Source: Bispira polyomma (lineage: Eukaryota). Taken from it: DNA of 64,000 bases. This document shows positions 1-14,161 of the stretch, in pieces (position 1 is the stretch's first letter; each line of letters opens with the position of its first letter). Location of the stretch: contig OZ287753.1 of assembly GCA_965649765.1 (NCBI GenBank), forward strand, positions 7,502,001 to 7,566,000, given 5' to 3'. The position numbers were made by a program, and so were the translations under genes. The notes under the pieces are model-generated. The model saw only the letters and a program-made list of their open reading frames with translations, had not been told where the DNA came from and made no database searches.

Positions 1-582
1 TCACATCAATTAGTGATTTAGTGATGTTTCTCACATAGAAATACAATCTAAAATTAAAAAGTATGACGGTCAATCATTAAAATAAATAAGTAACATCAAA
101 GAGCAGGAATTAAGAGATTTAGCAACTACAAATATCCAGTCAGTCTATGTTTACTTGGCCATCTCAAGAAAGTTACCAAGCATGGCTAAATATACTCTTC
201 ACTAGACTTGGATAATAGTCAACTTCTGATGTGGAAAAAGAGTAAAACTATTTTGAACACCACCTATATTTTGCAAATAGTTGTGTAGAATGATTTTAGA
301 ATATAAAACCATTTCTTATATGTGCTTTAATTCTTGTTTGAATAAATATCAATCATTTCTAAGGAATATTTTGGGGGTCTTTCTTTGAGAGGTGTTTATA
401 GTCTGGTCTAACTGTATTAACTAAAAGCCTTGGATATAAATAGAAATTAACATTGACAAAGAACAAGTTCGGATCTTTCTTTAAATAGTCTTTATAGACA
501 GGTCCCACTGTATTAACCATACATGAGGACAACTAAGGGAACTTCTTGGCTTCTTCATGCATATTTTATCTCATTAATGTAC

Positions 583-696
583 CTGTAAAGCCAGCAACAC
601 ATTCGCATGAGAAATCATTTACGAGATCAGTACAGACTCCTTTGTTTTCACATGGCTCTGGAGCACATTCATTAATATTGGTTTCACAGGTATCAC
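583..696 (-). CDS. Array EGF exon [38 protein letters not shown]
   Basis: 114 nt, ttttag/gtacat. Confidence 0.88.
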
Positions 697-3600
697 CTAA
701 AATCACAATTGTTAGTCATAATAATAATATACTTGTATCACAAACTATGCTTTTCAGAACAAATTAGTAAAAGTGGGAAATTTACTATGTCACATCAATT
801 AGTGTTTTAGTGATGTTTCTCAAATAGAAATACAATCTAAAATTAAAAAGTATGACGGTCAAACATTGAAAAATAAGTAACATCAAAGAGCAGGAATTGA
901 GAGATTCAGCAACTACAAACATCCATTCAGTCTACGTTTACTTGACCATCTCCAGAAAGTTACCAAGCATGGCTAAATATACTCTTCACTAGACTTGGAT
1001 AATAATCAACTTCTGATGTTAAAAGGAGTAAAACTATTTGGACACCATCTATATTATGTAAATAGTTGTGTAGAATGATTTAAAAAAAATAAAACCATTT
1101 GTAATATGTGCTTTAATTCTTGTGTTTGAATAAATATCAATCATTTCTAAGGAATATTTTGGGGGTCTTTCTTTGAGAGGTATTTAGAGTCTGGTCTAAG
1201 TGTATTCACTAAAAGCCTTGGATATAATTATGAATTAACATTGAGAAGGAACACGTTGGGCTCTTTATTTAAGAGGTCTTTACAGACAGGTCGCACTGTA
1301 TTAACCATACATGAGGACAACTAAGGGAACTTCTTGGCTTCTTCATGCATATTTTATCTCATTAATGTACCTGTAAAGCCAGCAACACATTCGCATGAGA
1401 AATCATTTACGAGATCAGTACAGACTCCTTCATTTTCACATGGCTCTGGAGCACATTCATCAATATTGGTTTCACAGGTATCACCTAAAATCACAATTGT
1501 TAGTCATAATAATAATATACTTGTATCATTAAACTATGCTTTTCAGAACAAAATAGTAAAAGTGGGAAATTTACTATGTCACATCAATTAGTGTTTTAGT
1601 GATGTTTCTCAAATAGAAATACAATCTAAAATTAAAAAGTATGACGGTCAAACATTATAAAAATAAGTAACATCAAAGAGCAGGAATTAAGAGATTCAGC
1701 AACTACAAACATCCAGTCAGTCTATGTTTACTTGGCCATCTCAAGAAAGTTTCCAAGCATGGCGAAATATACTCTTCACTAGACTTGGATAATAGTCAAC
1801 TTCTGATGTGGAAAAAGAGTAAAACTATTTTGAACACCACCTATATTTTGCAAATAGTTGTGTAGAATGATTTTAGAAAATAAAACCATTTCTTATATGT
1901 GCTTTAATTCTTGTGTTTAAATAAATATCAATCATTTCCAAGGAATATTTTGGGGGTCTTTCTTTCAGAGGTATTTATAGTCTGGTCTAACTGTATTAAC
2001 TAAAAGCCTTGGATATAAATAGAAATTAACATTGACAAAGAACATGTTCGGGTCTTTCTGTAAGAGGTCTTTATAGAGAGGTCTCATTGTATCAACCATA
2101 TATGAGGACAACTGAGGGAACTTTTTGGCTTCTTCATGCATATTTTATCTCATTAATGTACCTGTAAAGCCAGCAACACATTCGCATGAGAAATCATTTA
2201 CAAGATCAGTACAGACTCCTTCATTTTCACATGGCTCTGGAGCACATTCATTAATATTGGTTTCACAGGTATCACCTAAAATCACAATTGTTAGTCATAA
2301 TAATAATATATTTGTATCATTAAACTATGCTTTTCAGAACAAATTAGTAAAAGTGGGCAATTTACTCTATGTCACATCAATTAGTGATTCAGTGATGTTT
2401 CTCACATAGAAATACAATCTAAAATTAAAAAGTATGACGGTCAATCATTAAAATAAATAAGTAACATCAAAGAGCAGGAATTAAGAGATTTAGCAACTAC
2501 AAATATCCAGTCAGTCTATGTTTACTTGGCCATCTCAAGAAAGTTACCAAGCATGGCTAAATATACTCTTCACTAGACTTGGATAATAGTCAACTTCTGA
2601 TGTGGAAAAAGAGTAAAACTATTTTGAACACCACCTATATTTTGCAAATAGTTGTGTAGAATGATTTTAGAATATAAAACCATTTCTTATATGTGCTTTA
2701 ATTCTTGTGTTTGAATAAATATCAATCATTTCTAAGGAATATTTTGGGGGTCTTTCTTTGAGAGGTGTTTATAGTCTGGTCTAACTGTATTAACTAAAAG
2801 CCTTGAATATAAATAGAAATTAACATTGACAAAGAACAAGTTCGGGTCTTTCTTTAAGAAGTCTTTATAGACAGGTCCCACTGTATTAACCATACATGAG
2901 GACAACTAAGGGAACTTCTTGGCTTCTTCATGCATAATTTATCTCATTAATGTACCTGTAAAGCCAGCAACACATTCGCATGAGAAATCATTTACAAGAT
3001 CAGTACAGACTCCTTCATTTTCACATGGCTCTGGAGCACATTCATTAATATTGGTTTCACAGGTATCACCTAAAATCGCAATTGTTAGTCATGATAATAA
3101 TATACTTGTATCACAAACTATGCTTTTCGGTGACGGGAGCAAGCGCGGTAGCAATTACCGGTTGCTTTGAGGTTGTAACAGGAAAAGACAAAAAGTTTCA
3201 CTTAACAAATTTATTTTAACAAATAAAATAACAATTACAGAATTACAAAATTATACAATTACAAAATTACAAAATTACAGTCAACTGAGATACCCTTAAT
3301 AGCTCACACAATAATACAATAATGAAATCAATCTGACCTGACCACAGTCCTGTCCACTCAAATAACAATTAAACCAGTTTGTCCACTGTATCCAGCAATC
3401 TGTCTTGAGATCCGCTCAATGTCCACACAATGCCTGTATCCTGCTATCCGTTCAGTGTCCACGCACACAAAATGTATATATCCAGAGAATCTGCACAACC
3501 AAGCTATCCAGTCCAGGATGCAAACACTATCCAATATGTAGTAAATCCAATCTCTGGTAGATCCACAACTTTTATCCAGTTCACTCCAATGAGTTCACCA

Positions 3601-6600
3601 CAAAATGTATATAACAAACAGTTTATATCCACAGTATAGTAGTTCATATAGCATTCATATAGCACCTCAGCTCCACTAACTCTCTTCTGTGGCCAGGCTG
3701 TCAACCCTTATATATACCACTGCTAGAGAAGGTTGCTAAAATGTGTAAGCAATCGCTAGGACATTCCAGAGATGAGATATACATATGAATACAACTTTAA
3801 TAACCTTCAGAAATAAAATAGAACTGGTTTCTAGAATCTTAGGGGTTTCCCCAAATCTATCAATAGATCACTCCAGCAGAGTGTAAGACCATTAGTACTA
3901 ACTAGACCGGATTTTCTTCAACACACCACAATGTCCCCATATGTAACACCTCCCCCCTTAAAGAAAAATTTTGGAAGCCAAGGGGTTACAAAATTTCATA
4001 TTACACAAAACATAAGTGAACATACAGTGTACATATTGATCCATGAAACATTGTATTTTAAGTTACACAAGTAATATCCATAAGTAAACATCTAAGTTTT
4101 ACAAGTTACAACTTTTCAGTTACTAACATACAAAATAACCTTTAACTACAACTTCTTGATAGAGCATCAGCACAAATGTTATCCTTTCCTTTAACATGCT
4201 CTATTTGTAAACTGTATTCTTGCAAAACCAAACTCCAATTCAATAGACGTCTGTTTTTGTTTTTCATTTTGTGCAAGAATACTAAAGGGTTGTGATCTGT
4301 GTACACAATAGTTGGTTTTGATGATGAAGATATATATATATCAAAGTGTTTAATGGCTAAAATGAGGGCTAAACATTCCTTTTCTATTGTAGAGTAATTC
4401 TTTTGATGTACGTTAAATTTTGTTGAAAAATAACAAATGGGATGTTCAATATCTTCATCGTCAGTCTGCAGTAAAACTGCACCTGCCCCAACATCACTGG
4501 CATCCACAGCTAACCGAAATGGTCTATTGAAGTCTGGAGCAGTTAGTACAGGCTCCGAACAGAGAACATTTTTTACTTTGTCAAATGCTTTTTGACAAGT
4601 TTCAGACCAGTGATATTTTACGTTTTTTTTCAAGAGCTCAGTCAGTGGAGCAGTGACATCTGAGAAATTTTTACAAAATTTCCTATAATAACCTAACATT
4701 CCCAGAAACCTCATTAAACTTTTCTTATTTCTAGGAATGGGATAGTCAATGATGCTTTCAACTTTTGCTTTAATTGGTGTCACAACTCCATGACCAACTA
4801 CATGCCCTAAGTAAACAACCTTCGCTTTTACAAAGTCACTTTTCGATAGATTCACAGTAAGGTTGGCTTGCTTGAGCTGAAACAGAACTTGTTCAAGTCT
4901 TTTCAAATGTTCTTCCCAAGTATCACTAAAGATGACAATATCATCCACATACACTTCAACCCCTTCTAAGTTCCTTAAACATATATTCATTAGTCTCTGA
5001 AATGTAGCTTGGGAATTTTTCATGCCAAATGGCATTACCTTGTACTGATACAGACCATCGGGAGTTACAAATGCTGATATTTCTTTTGCCAAAAGTTACC
5101 AAGCATGGCTAAATATACTCTTCACTAGACTTGGATAATAGTCAACTTCTGATGTGGAAAAAGAGTAAAACTATTTTGAACACCACCTATATTTTGCAAA
5201 TAGTTGTGTAGAATGATTTTAGAATATAAAACCATTTCTTATATGTGCTTTAATTCTTGTGTTTGAATAAATATCAATCATTTCTAAGGAATATTTTGGG
5301 GGTCTTTCTTTGAGAGGTGTTTATAGTCTGGTCTAACTGTATTAACTAAAAGCCTTGGATATAAATAGAAATTAACATTGACAAAAAACAAGTTCGGGTC
5401 TTTCTTTAAGAAGTCTTTATAGACAGGTCCCACTGTATTAACCATACATGAGGACAACTAAGGGAACTTCTTGGCTTCTTCATGCATATTTTATCTCATT
5501 AATGTACCTGTAAAGCCAGCAACACATTCGCATGAGAAATCATTTACGAGATCAGTACAGACTCCTTCATTTTCACATGGCTCTGGAGCACATTCATCAA
5601 TATTGGTTTCACAGGTATCACCTAAAATCACAATTGTTAGTCATAATAATAATATACTTGTATCATTAAACTATGCTTTTCAGAACAAAATAGTAAAAGT
5701 GGGAAATTTACTCTATGTCACATCAATTAGTGTTTTAGTGATGTTTCTCACATAGAAATACAATCTAAAATTAAAAAGTATGATGGTCAAACATTATAAA
5801 AATAAGTAACATCAAAGAGCAGGAATTGAGAGATTCAGCAACTACAAATATCCAGTCAGTCTATGTTTACTTGGCCATCTCAAGAAAGTTACCAAGCATG
5901 GCTAAATATACTCTTCACTAAACTTGGATAACAGTCAACTTCTGATGTGGAAAAAGAGTAAAACTATTTTGAACACAACCTATATTATGCAAATGGTTGT
6001 GCAGAATTATTTTAAAAAATAAAACCATTTCTAATATGTGCTTTAATTTTTGTGTTTAAATAAATATCAATCATTTCCAAGGAATATTTTGGGGGTCTTT
6101 CTTTGAGAGGTATTTATAGTCTGGTCTAACTGTATCAACTAAAAGCCTTGGATATAAATAGAAATTAACATTGGGAAAGAACACATTGGGGTCTTTCTTT
6201 AAGAGGTCTTTAAAATCAGGTCTCACTGTGTCAACCATACATGAGGACAACTAAGGGAACTTCTTGGCTTCTTCATGCATATTTTTTCTCATTAATGTAC
6301 CTGTAAAGCCAGCAACACATTCGCATGAGAAATCATTTACAAGATCAGTACAGACTCCTTCATTTTCACATGGCTCTGGAGAACATTCATTAATATTGGT
6401 TTCACAGGTATCACCTAAAATCACAATTGTTAGTCATAATAATAATATATTTGTATCATTAAACTATGCTTTTCAGAACAAATTAGTAAAAGTGGGCAAT
6501 TTACTCTATGTCACATCAATTAGTGATTTAGTGATGTTTCTCACATAGAAATACAATCTAAAATTAAAAAGTATGACGGTCAATCATTAAAATAAATAAG

Positions 6601-9600
6601 TAACATCAAAGAGCAGGAATTAAGAGATTTAGCAACTACAAATATCCAGTCAGTCTATGTTTACTTGGCCATCTCAAGAAAGTTACCAAGCATGGCTAAA
6701 TATACTCTTCACTAGACTTGGATAATAGTCAACTTCTGATGTGGAAAAAGAGTAAAACTATTTTGAACACCACCTATATTTTGCAAATAGTTGTGTAGAA
6801 TGATTTTAGAATATAAAACCATTTCTTATATGTGCTTTAATTCTTGTTTGAATAAATATCAATCATTTCTAAGGAATATTTTGGGGGTCTTTCTTTGAGA
6901 GGTGTTTATAGTCTGGTCTAACTGTATTAACTAAAAGCCTTGGATATAAATAGAAATTAACATTGACAAAGAACAAGTTCGGATCTTTCTTTAAATAGTC
7001 TTTATAGACAGGTCCCACTGTATTAACCATACATGAGGACAACTAAGGGAACTTCTTGGCTTCTTCATGCATATTTTATCTCATTAATGTACCTGTAAAG
7101 CCAGCAACACATTCGCATGAGAAATCATTTACGAGATCAGTACAGACTCCTTTGTTTTCACATGGCTCTGGAGCACATTCATTAATATTGGTTTCACAGG
7201 TATCACCTAAAATCACAATTGTTAGTCATAATAATAATATACTTGTATCACAAACTATGCTTTTCAGAACAAATTAGTAAAAGTGGGAAATTTACTATGT
7301 CACATCAATTAGTGTTTTAGTGATGTTTCTTAAATAGAAATACAATCTAAAATTAAAAAGTATGACGGTCAAACATTGAAAAATAAGTAACATCAAAGAG
7401 CAGGAATTGAGAGATTCAGCAACTACAAACATCCATTCAGTCTACGTTTACTTGACCATCTCAAGAAAGTTACCAAGCATGGCTAAATATACTCTTCACT
7501 AGACTTGGATAATAATCAACTTCTGATGTTAAAAGGAGTAAAACTATTTGGACACCATCTATATTATGTAAATAGTTGTGTAGAATGATTTAAAAAAAAT
7601 AAAACCATTTGTAATATGTGCTTTAATTCTTGTGTTTGAATAAATATCAATCATTTCTAAGGAATATTTTGGGGGTCTTTCTTTGAGAGGTATTTAGAGT
7701 CTGGTCTAAGTGTATTCACTAAAAGCCTTGGATATAATTATGAATTAACATTGAGAAGGAACACGTTGGGCTCTTTATTTAAGAGGTCTTTACAGACAGG
7801 TCGCACTGTATTAACCATACATGAGGACAACTAAGGGAACTTCTTGGCTTCTTCATGCATATTTTATCTCATTAATGTACCTGTAAAGCCAGCAACACAT
7901 TCGCATGAGAAATCATTTACGAGATCAGTACAGACTCCTTCATTTTCACATGGCTCTGGAGCACATTCATCAATATTGGTTTCACAGGTATCACCTAAAA
8001 TCACAATTGTTAGTCATAATAATAATATACTTGTATCATTAAACTATGCTTTTCAGAACAAAATAGTAAAAGTGGGAAATTTACTATGTCACATCAATTA
8101 GTGTTTTAGTGATGTTTCTCAAATAGAAATACAATCTAAAATTAAAAAGTATGACGGTCAAACATTATAAAAATAAGTAACATCAAAGAGCAGGAATTAA
8201 GAGATTCAGCAACTACAAACATCCAGTCAGTCTATGTTTACTTGGCCATCTCAAGAAAGTTTCCAAGCATGGCGAAATATACTCTTCACTAGACTTGGAT
8301 AATAGTCAACTTCTGATGTGGAAAAAGAGTAAAACTATTTTGAACACCACCTATATTTTGCAAATAGTTGTGTAGAATGATTTTAGAAAATAAAACCATT
8401 TCTTATATGTGCTTTAATTCTTGTGTTTAAATAAATATCAATCATTTCCAAGGAATATTTTGGGGGTCTTTCTTTCAGAGGTATTTATAGTCTGGTCTAA
8501 CTGTATTAACTAAAAGCCTTGGATATAAATAGAAATTAACATTGACAAAGAACATGTTCGGGTCTTTCTGTAAGAGGTCTTTATAGAGAGGTCTCATTGT
8601 ATCAACCATATATGAGGACAACTGAGGGAACTTTTTGGCTTCTTCATGCATATTTTATCTCATTAATGTACCTGTAAAGCCAGCAACACATTCGCATGAG
8701 AAATCATTTACAAGATCAGTACAGACTCCTTCATTTTCACATGGCTCTGGAGCACATTCATTAATATTGGTTTCACAGGTATCACCTAAAATCACAATTG
8801 TTAGTCATAATAATAATATACTTGTATCACAAACTATGCTTTTCGGAACAAATTAGTAAAAGTGGGAAATTTACTATGTCACATCAATTAGTGTTTTAGT
8901 GATGTTTCTCACATAGAAATACAATCTAAAATTAAAAAGTATGACGGTCAAACATTGAAAAATAAGTAACATCAAAGAGCAGGAATTGAGAGATTCAGCA
9001 ACTACAAACATCCATTCAGTCTACGTTTACTTGACCATCTCAAGAAAGTTACCAAGCATGGCTAAATATACTCTTCACTAGACTTGGATAATAATCAACT
9101 TCTGATGTTAAAAGGAGTAAAACTATTTGGACACCATCTATATTATGTAAATAGTTGTGTAGAATGATTTAAAAAAAATAAAACCATTTGTAATATGTGC
9201 TTTAATTCTTGTGTTTGAATAAATATCAATCATTTCTAAGGAATATTTTGGGGGTCTTTCTTTGAGAGGTATTTAGAGTCTGGTCTAAGTGTATTCACTA
9301 AAAGCCTTGGATATAATTATGAATTAACATTGAGAAAGAACACGTTGGGCTCTTTCTTTAAGAGGTCTTTACAGACAGGTCGCACTGTATTAACCATACA
9401 TGAGTACAACTAAGGTAACTTCTTGGCTTTTTCATGCATATTTTATCTCATTAATGTACCTGTAAAGCCAGCAACACATTCGCATGAGAAATCATTTACG
9501 AGATCAGTACAGACTCCTTCATTTTCACATGGCTCTGGAGCACATTCATCAATATTGGTTTCACAGGTATCACCTAAAATCACAATTGTTAGTCATAATA

Positions 9601-12600
9601 ATAATATACTTGTATCATTAAACTATGCTTTTCAGAACAAAATAGTAAAAGTGGGAAATTTACTATGTCACATCAATTAGTGTTTTAGTGATGTTTCTCA
9701 AATAGAAATACAATCTAAAATTAAAAAGTATGACGGTCAAACATTATAAAAATAAGTAGCATCAAAGAGCAGGAATTGAGAGATTCAGCAACTACAAACA
9801 TCCAGTCAGTCTATGTTTACTTGGCCATCTCAAGAAAGTTACCAAGCATGGCTAAATATACTCTTCACTAAACTTGGATAACAGTCAACTTCTGATGTGG
9901 AAAAAGAGTAAAACTATTTTGAACACAACCTATATTATGCAAATGGTTGTGCAGAATTATTTTAAAAAATAAAACCATTTCTAATATGTGCTTTAATTTT
10001 TGTGTTTAAATAAATATCAATCATTTCCAAGGAATATTTTGGGGGTCTTTCTTTGAGAGGTATTTATAGTCTGGTCTAACTGTATTAACTAAAAGCCTTG
10101 GATATAAATAGAAATTAACATTGGGAAAGAACACATTGGGGTCTTTCTTTAAGAGGTCTTTACAATCAGGTCTCACTGTGTCAACCATACATGAGGACAA
10201 CTAAGGGAACTTCTTGGCTTCTTCATGCATATTTTTTCTCATTAATTTACCTGTAAAGCCAGCAACACATTCGCATGAGAAATCATTTACAAGATCAGTA
10301 CAGACTCCTTCATTTTCACATGGCTCTGGAGCACAATCATCAATATTGGTTTCACAGGTATCACCTAAAATCACAATTGTTAGTCATAATAATAATATAC
10401 TTGTATCATTAAACTATGCTTTTCAGAACAAATTAGTAAAAGTGGGAAGCTTACTATGTCACATCAATTAGTGTTTTATTGATGTTTCTCACCTAGAAAT
10501 ACAATCTAAAATTAAAAAGTATGACGGTCAACCATTAAAATAAATAAGTAACATCAAAAAGCAGGAATTGAGATATTTAGCAACTACAAACATCCATTCA
10601 GTCTATGTTTACCTGACCATCTCAAGAAAGTTACCAAGCATGGCTAAATATACTCTTCACTAGACTTAGATAATAATCAACTTCTGATGTTAAAAGGAGT
10701 AAAACTATTTTGGACACCACCTATATTATGCAAATAGTTGTTTAGATTGTTTCAAAATAAAAACATTTCTAAAAAAAGTGAAATTTTTTAGAAAGATTTT
10801 AATAAAATTAAGAAACATAATTTTATTGGAGAGTTGAAATTGTTTTCCATATACAGTTGACATACCTTCAAATCCCTCAACACAATCACATGAATATTCA
10901 TTTATTCCATCTACACAAACACCTTCATTTTCACAAAGATGACTAACACAATCATCAATGTTTGTCTCACATCTTCCTCCTAAAATAAGTATCAATCAAT
11001 ATCATTAACAACCTTTTGCATTTACATCACATTACAGATAATAAAATACCAGTTGTAAATTATGATTCTAGTATAGGATGGTCACATTATTTTTTTACAT
11101 AAAAATTTCACTGCAATTTATTTTCTTGTTGGCACAGAAATCAGTAAATCGTACTCATGCTAACATGAGACATGTATATTTGCAAGCTTTTTTTCCAAGA
11201 GAGGTCTTGATATATAGATGTATAATGTCAAGTTGTAAGACTGATCTACACAAAGTTTGATATATTTATTTGAACATTAAAACAGTAAAGGCTAGGAAAT
11301 GGTGGATTTTGGGTTACATGTATAGGTCCAGATAATAACTCCAACCCATTAAAATTCAACTTTTAATCTCAAATGATTCATCACACTCATATAATGTCAA
11401 GTTAATATCTGATGACATATTAAATATTAAAGAGTGTCCCTGATATAAAAGACCCAAAAACCATTATGTTTGTGTTGCATGTTTAGATCTAAATCCTAAA
11501 TCAAGATCACATCTATCAAAATAAAGAATGTGGGTATTATGTCAACAGTAATATTATTAAATTTGAAAAATTATAAACTAGTGACATGAATAAGAAGTAT
11601 GCCAAAATGTCATTGTTACCCCAAAGCGTATTAAATGCTTGGAGAAAGATTTTACTAAAATAAACAAATATAATTTAATGGAGAGTTGAAATTGTTTTCC
11701 ATGTACAGTTAACATACCTTCAAATCCCTCAACACAGTCACATGAATATTCATTTATTCCATCTTCACAAACACCTCCATTTGCACAACGATGTCCAACA
11801 CAATCGTCAATGTTTGTCTCACAGCTTTTTCCTGAAATATATATCCATAAATATCATTGACAACCCTTTGCATTTGCATCACATTAGAAATAGCAAAATA
11901 CCGTTGTTTTGAGGACAATGATATTGCCATCAACAAAATGCATATTAGGTGTTTTTCAGGGATAAAATGTATAAATTATTTTCAAATATAAAATTTGTCT
12001 GATCTAGTTTTTCTGTGACAATCATATAAAAAAAAGAATATTTAATAAAAAAAGACATCAGGAACAAATTAAAGTGGCATATTACCATGTATACAACAAC
12101 ACTAATGTGTTCAATAGTATTTAAAAATTGTGAATTGAATCATTGAATTTTATTTGTAATTGAAGTACAGAAGACCATTACATAAAATTATGAAAACAAA
12201 TCGTGGACATGGATAACTTATATCAAGGAATACACTCTATTTTGAAGAATGGAAATACTGATAAAAAGTTAGTTGTATTTTGCATCAATATTAAAATCTA
12301 GTATAAAGATAATAATTTTTAATATACACTTTGTGACCACATGGGAAAGGGCCAACTTTATTGAACAATAACAGTCAACTGGCGACTTTGACATTAACTA
12401 ACTGGGAGAGCACCTGCATCTTGAGGTGAGACCCAGTTGGCATGTTATGCAACACTTATACCGTGGTCACACTGGGCTTACGTTTTGATTCGCACAAAAA
12501 ATGGCTAGCGCAAGGTAAAACATAGTGAAATGTAATGAAACACAAGCAGAATGTTGTAAATGTAAGTAAACATAAAAATGGGTGAACAAGATGGTCCCTT

Positions 12601-14091
12601 AATATCCCTTTTTTCAAAACGTAAAAAATTTCAGACTGCTCAAAATTTTTTTACGTTTTCAGTCGTTTTTTCGAAATTTAAGGAAATGGGTGGTGCATTC
12701 GTGGGAAACGTATGACACATAAACAATGCGTTTTTGACTTAAAGGACAGGAGTAAAACGAACTATACTTCCAAATAATATTAAAAGCGAGGAGAACTTGA
12801 ATACAACAGGTTTACAAATATTAACAGGAAAACGAGACCGAAACGGGTTTAGATACGTGGCTAACGTATTTCCAAAACTTACCTAACAAGGCTAATGTAT
12901 ATCTAAAATGTGGCTAACGAGTTGAACATAGTTGAAACGGCTATTAAAAGGTATTAAATGCGTGTACAAACGTGTACAGATCCAAACTGAACATGTACAT
13001 AACAGCATATACATTGATTTTTGCTACAGTTCCCGAAATTCCCACAGTTTTTCACTTAAAACGTAACACGCATGGTACTTAGTGTGACCATAGCTTTAAT
13101 ATGTTGAGCCAATTCTCCCTAGTGTAAACATATAAAAATATGTGTCAAATTTCCACAAAAATTCAATGTTACTACATACAATCATCAATCATTCTATATT
13201 TACAATCCAGAAAATTAGAGTGTTGGGAAAACAGCTAGTGACAGAGACTCAGAATATGAAATGATTTTTATGCCACTGTATAATCTGCCTCTATTTTGGA
13301 TGAAACGAATATATTTTGAAATTGTAAACCAGTGTGTCACCCAGAAGGTCACAGAGTTGAAACAAGCGATGGCAAGCATGGGCTATGCCATTTATAACCA
13401 CATATTTTAATTTGATTCTAAAATATCTAGTGGCACATGGCGTGGTACATTTCCGTGACATCTGGTAAAATCTCTTTTATTTGATGACATAACACCCCTA
13501 CCTTCAAATCCTTCAACACAGTCACATGAATATCCATTGAGTTCATCTTTACAGACACCTCTGTTTTCACACCCATGTCCAATGCAATCGTCAGTGTTTA
13601 TCCCACATCTGCTCCCTGAAATAAATTGTTATATCTTATCAATAAGAAATATGCCACAAGGTATCCAACCTTCAAACGTCTAAAGAAAAGAAATTAACCA
13701 CACTACATAGGTGGACACATTACTGGAATACTTAGTTTTACTATTTAACATTAAAACAGAATAAATAGTTTTTAAGTATATTTGTATGTGCAATTACGCA
13801 TCATTTATACTTTCCTTTCATTGTTACCCAAAGGTGTAGTAAATGCTTTAATAAAGATGTTCATGAAATGAACTAAACTTATTTAATGGAACCGTGAATT
13901 GATTTCCATATGCAGTTGGCATACCTTCAAAAACCTCAACAATAATTTGCTGGAAAAAGAATTTGTGTCAGAAAGATAGATTCTTGAAATAAAGATAAAT
14001 ACTAAAGTTAAATCGGAAGTAGTTTTATTACCAATCTACAAGTGATGAAATGCCGATTAGGGAGAGAACAAGAACAGCCTATAAACATTAA

Positions 14092-14161
<70 letters not shown>

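Larger units (their letters stand above)
1..10740. repeat. ~790-bp tandem repeat; each unit is one EGF exon plus one intron; 11 exon copies in window, open at left edge
   Basis: Exon starts spaced 788-794 bp apart, except across the LTR insertion; introns nearly identical. Confidence 0.97.

Noticed and set aside
546-10471. Eleven repeated plus-strand ORFs ([13 protein letters not shown]...) as a small-protein family
   Set aside because: They start at TTG, vary in length through intronic indels, and are the antisense shadow of the EGF exons
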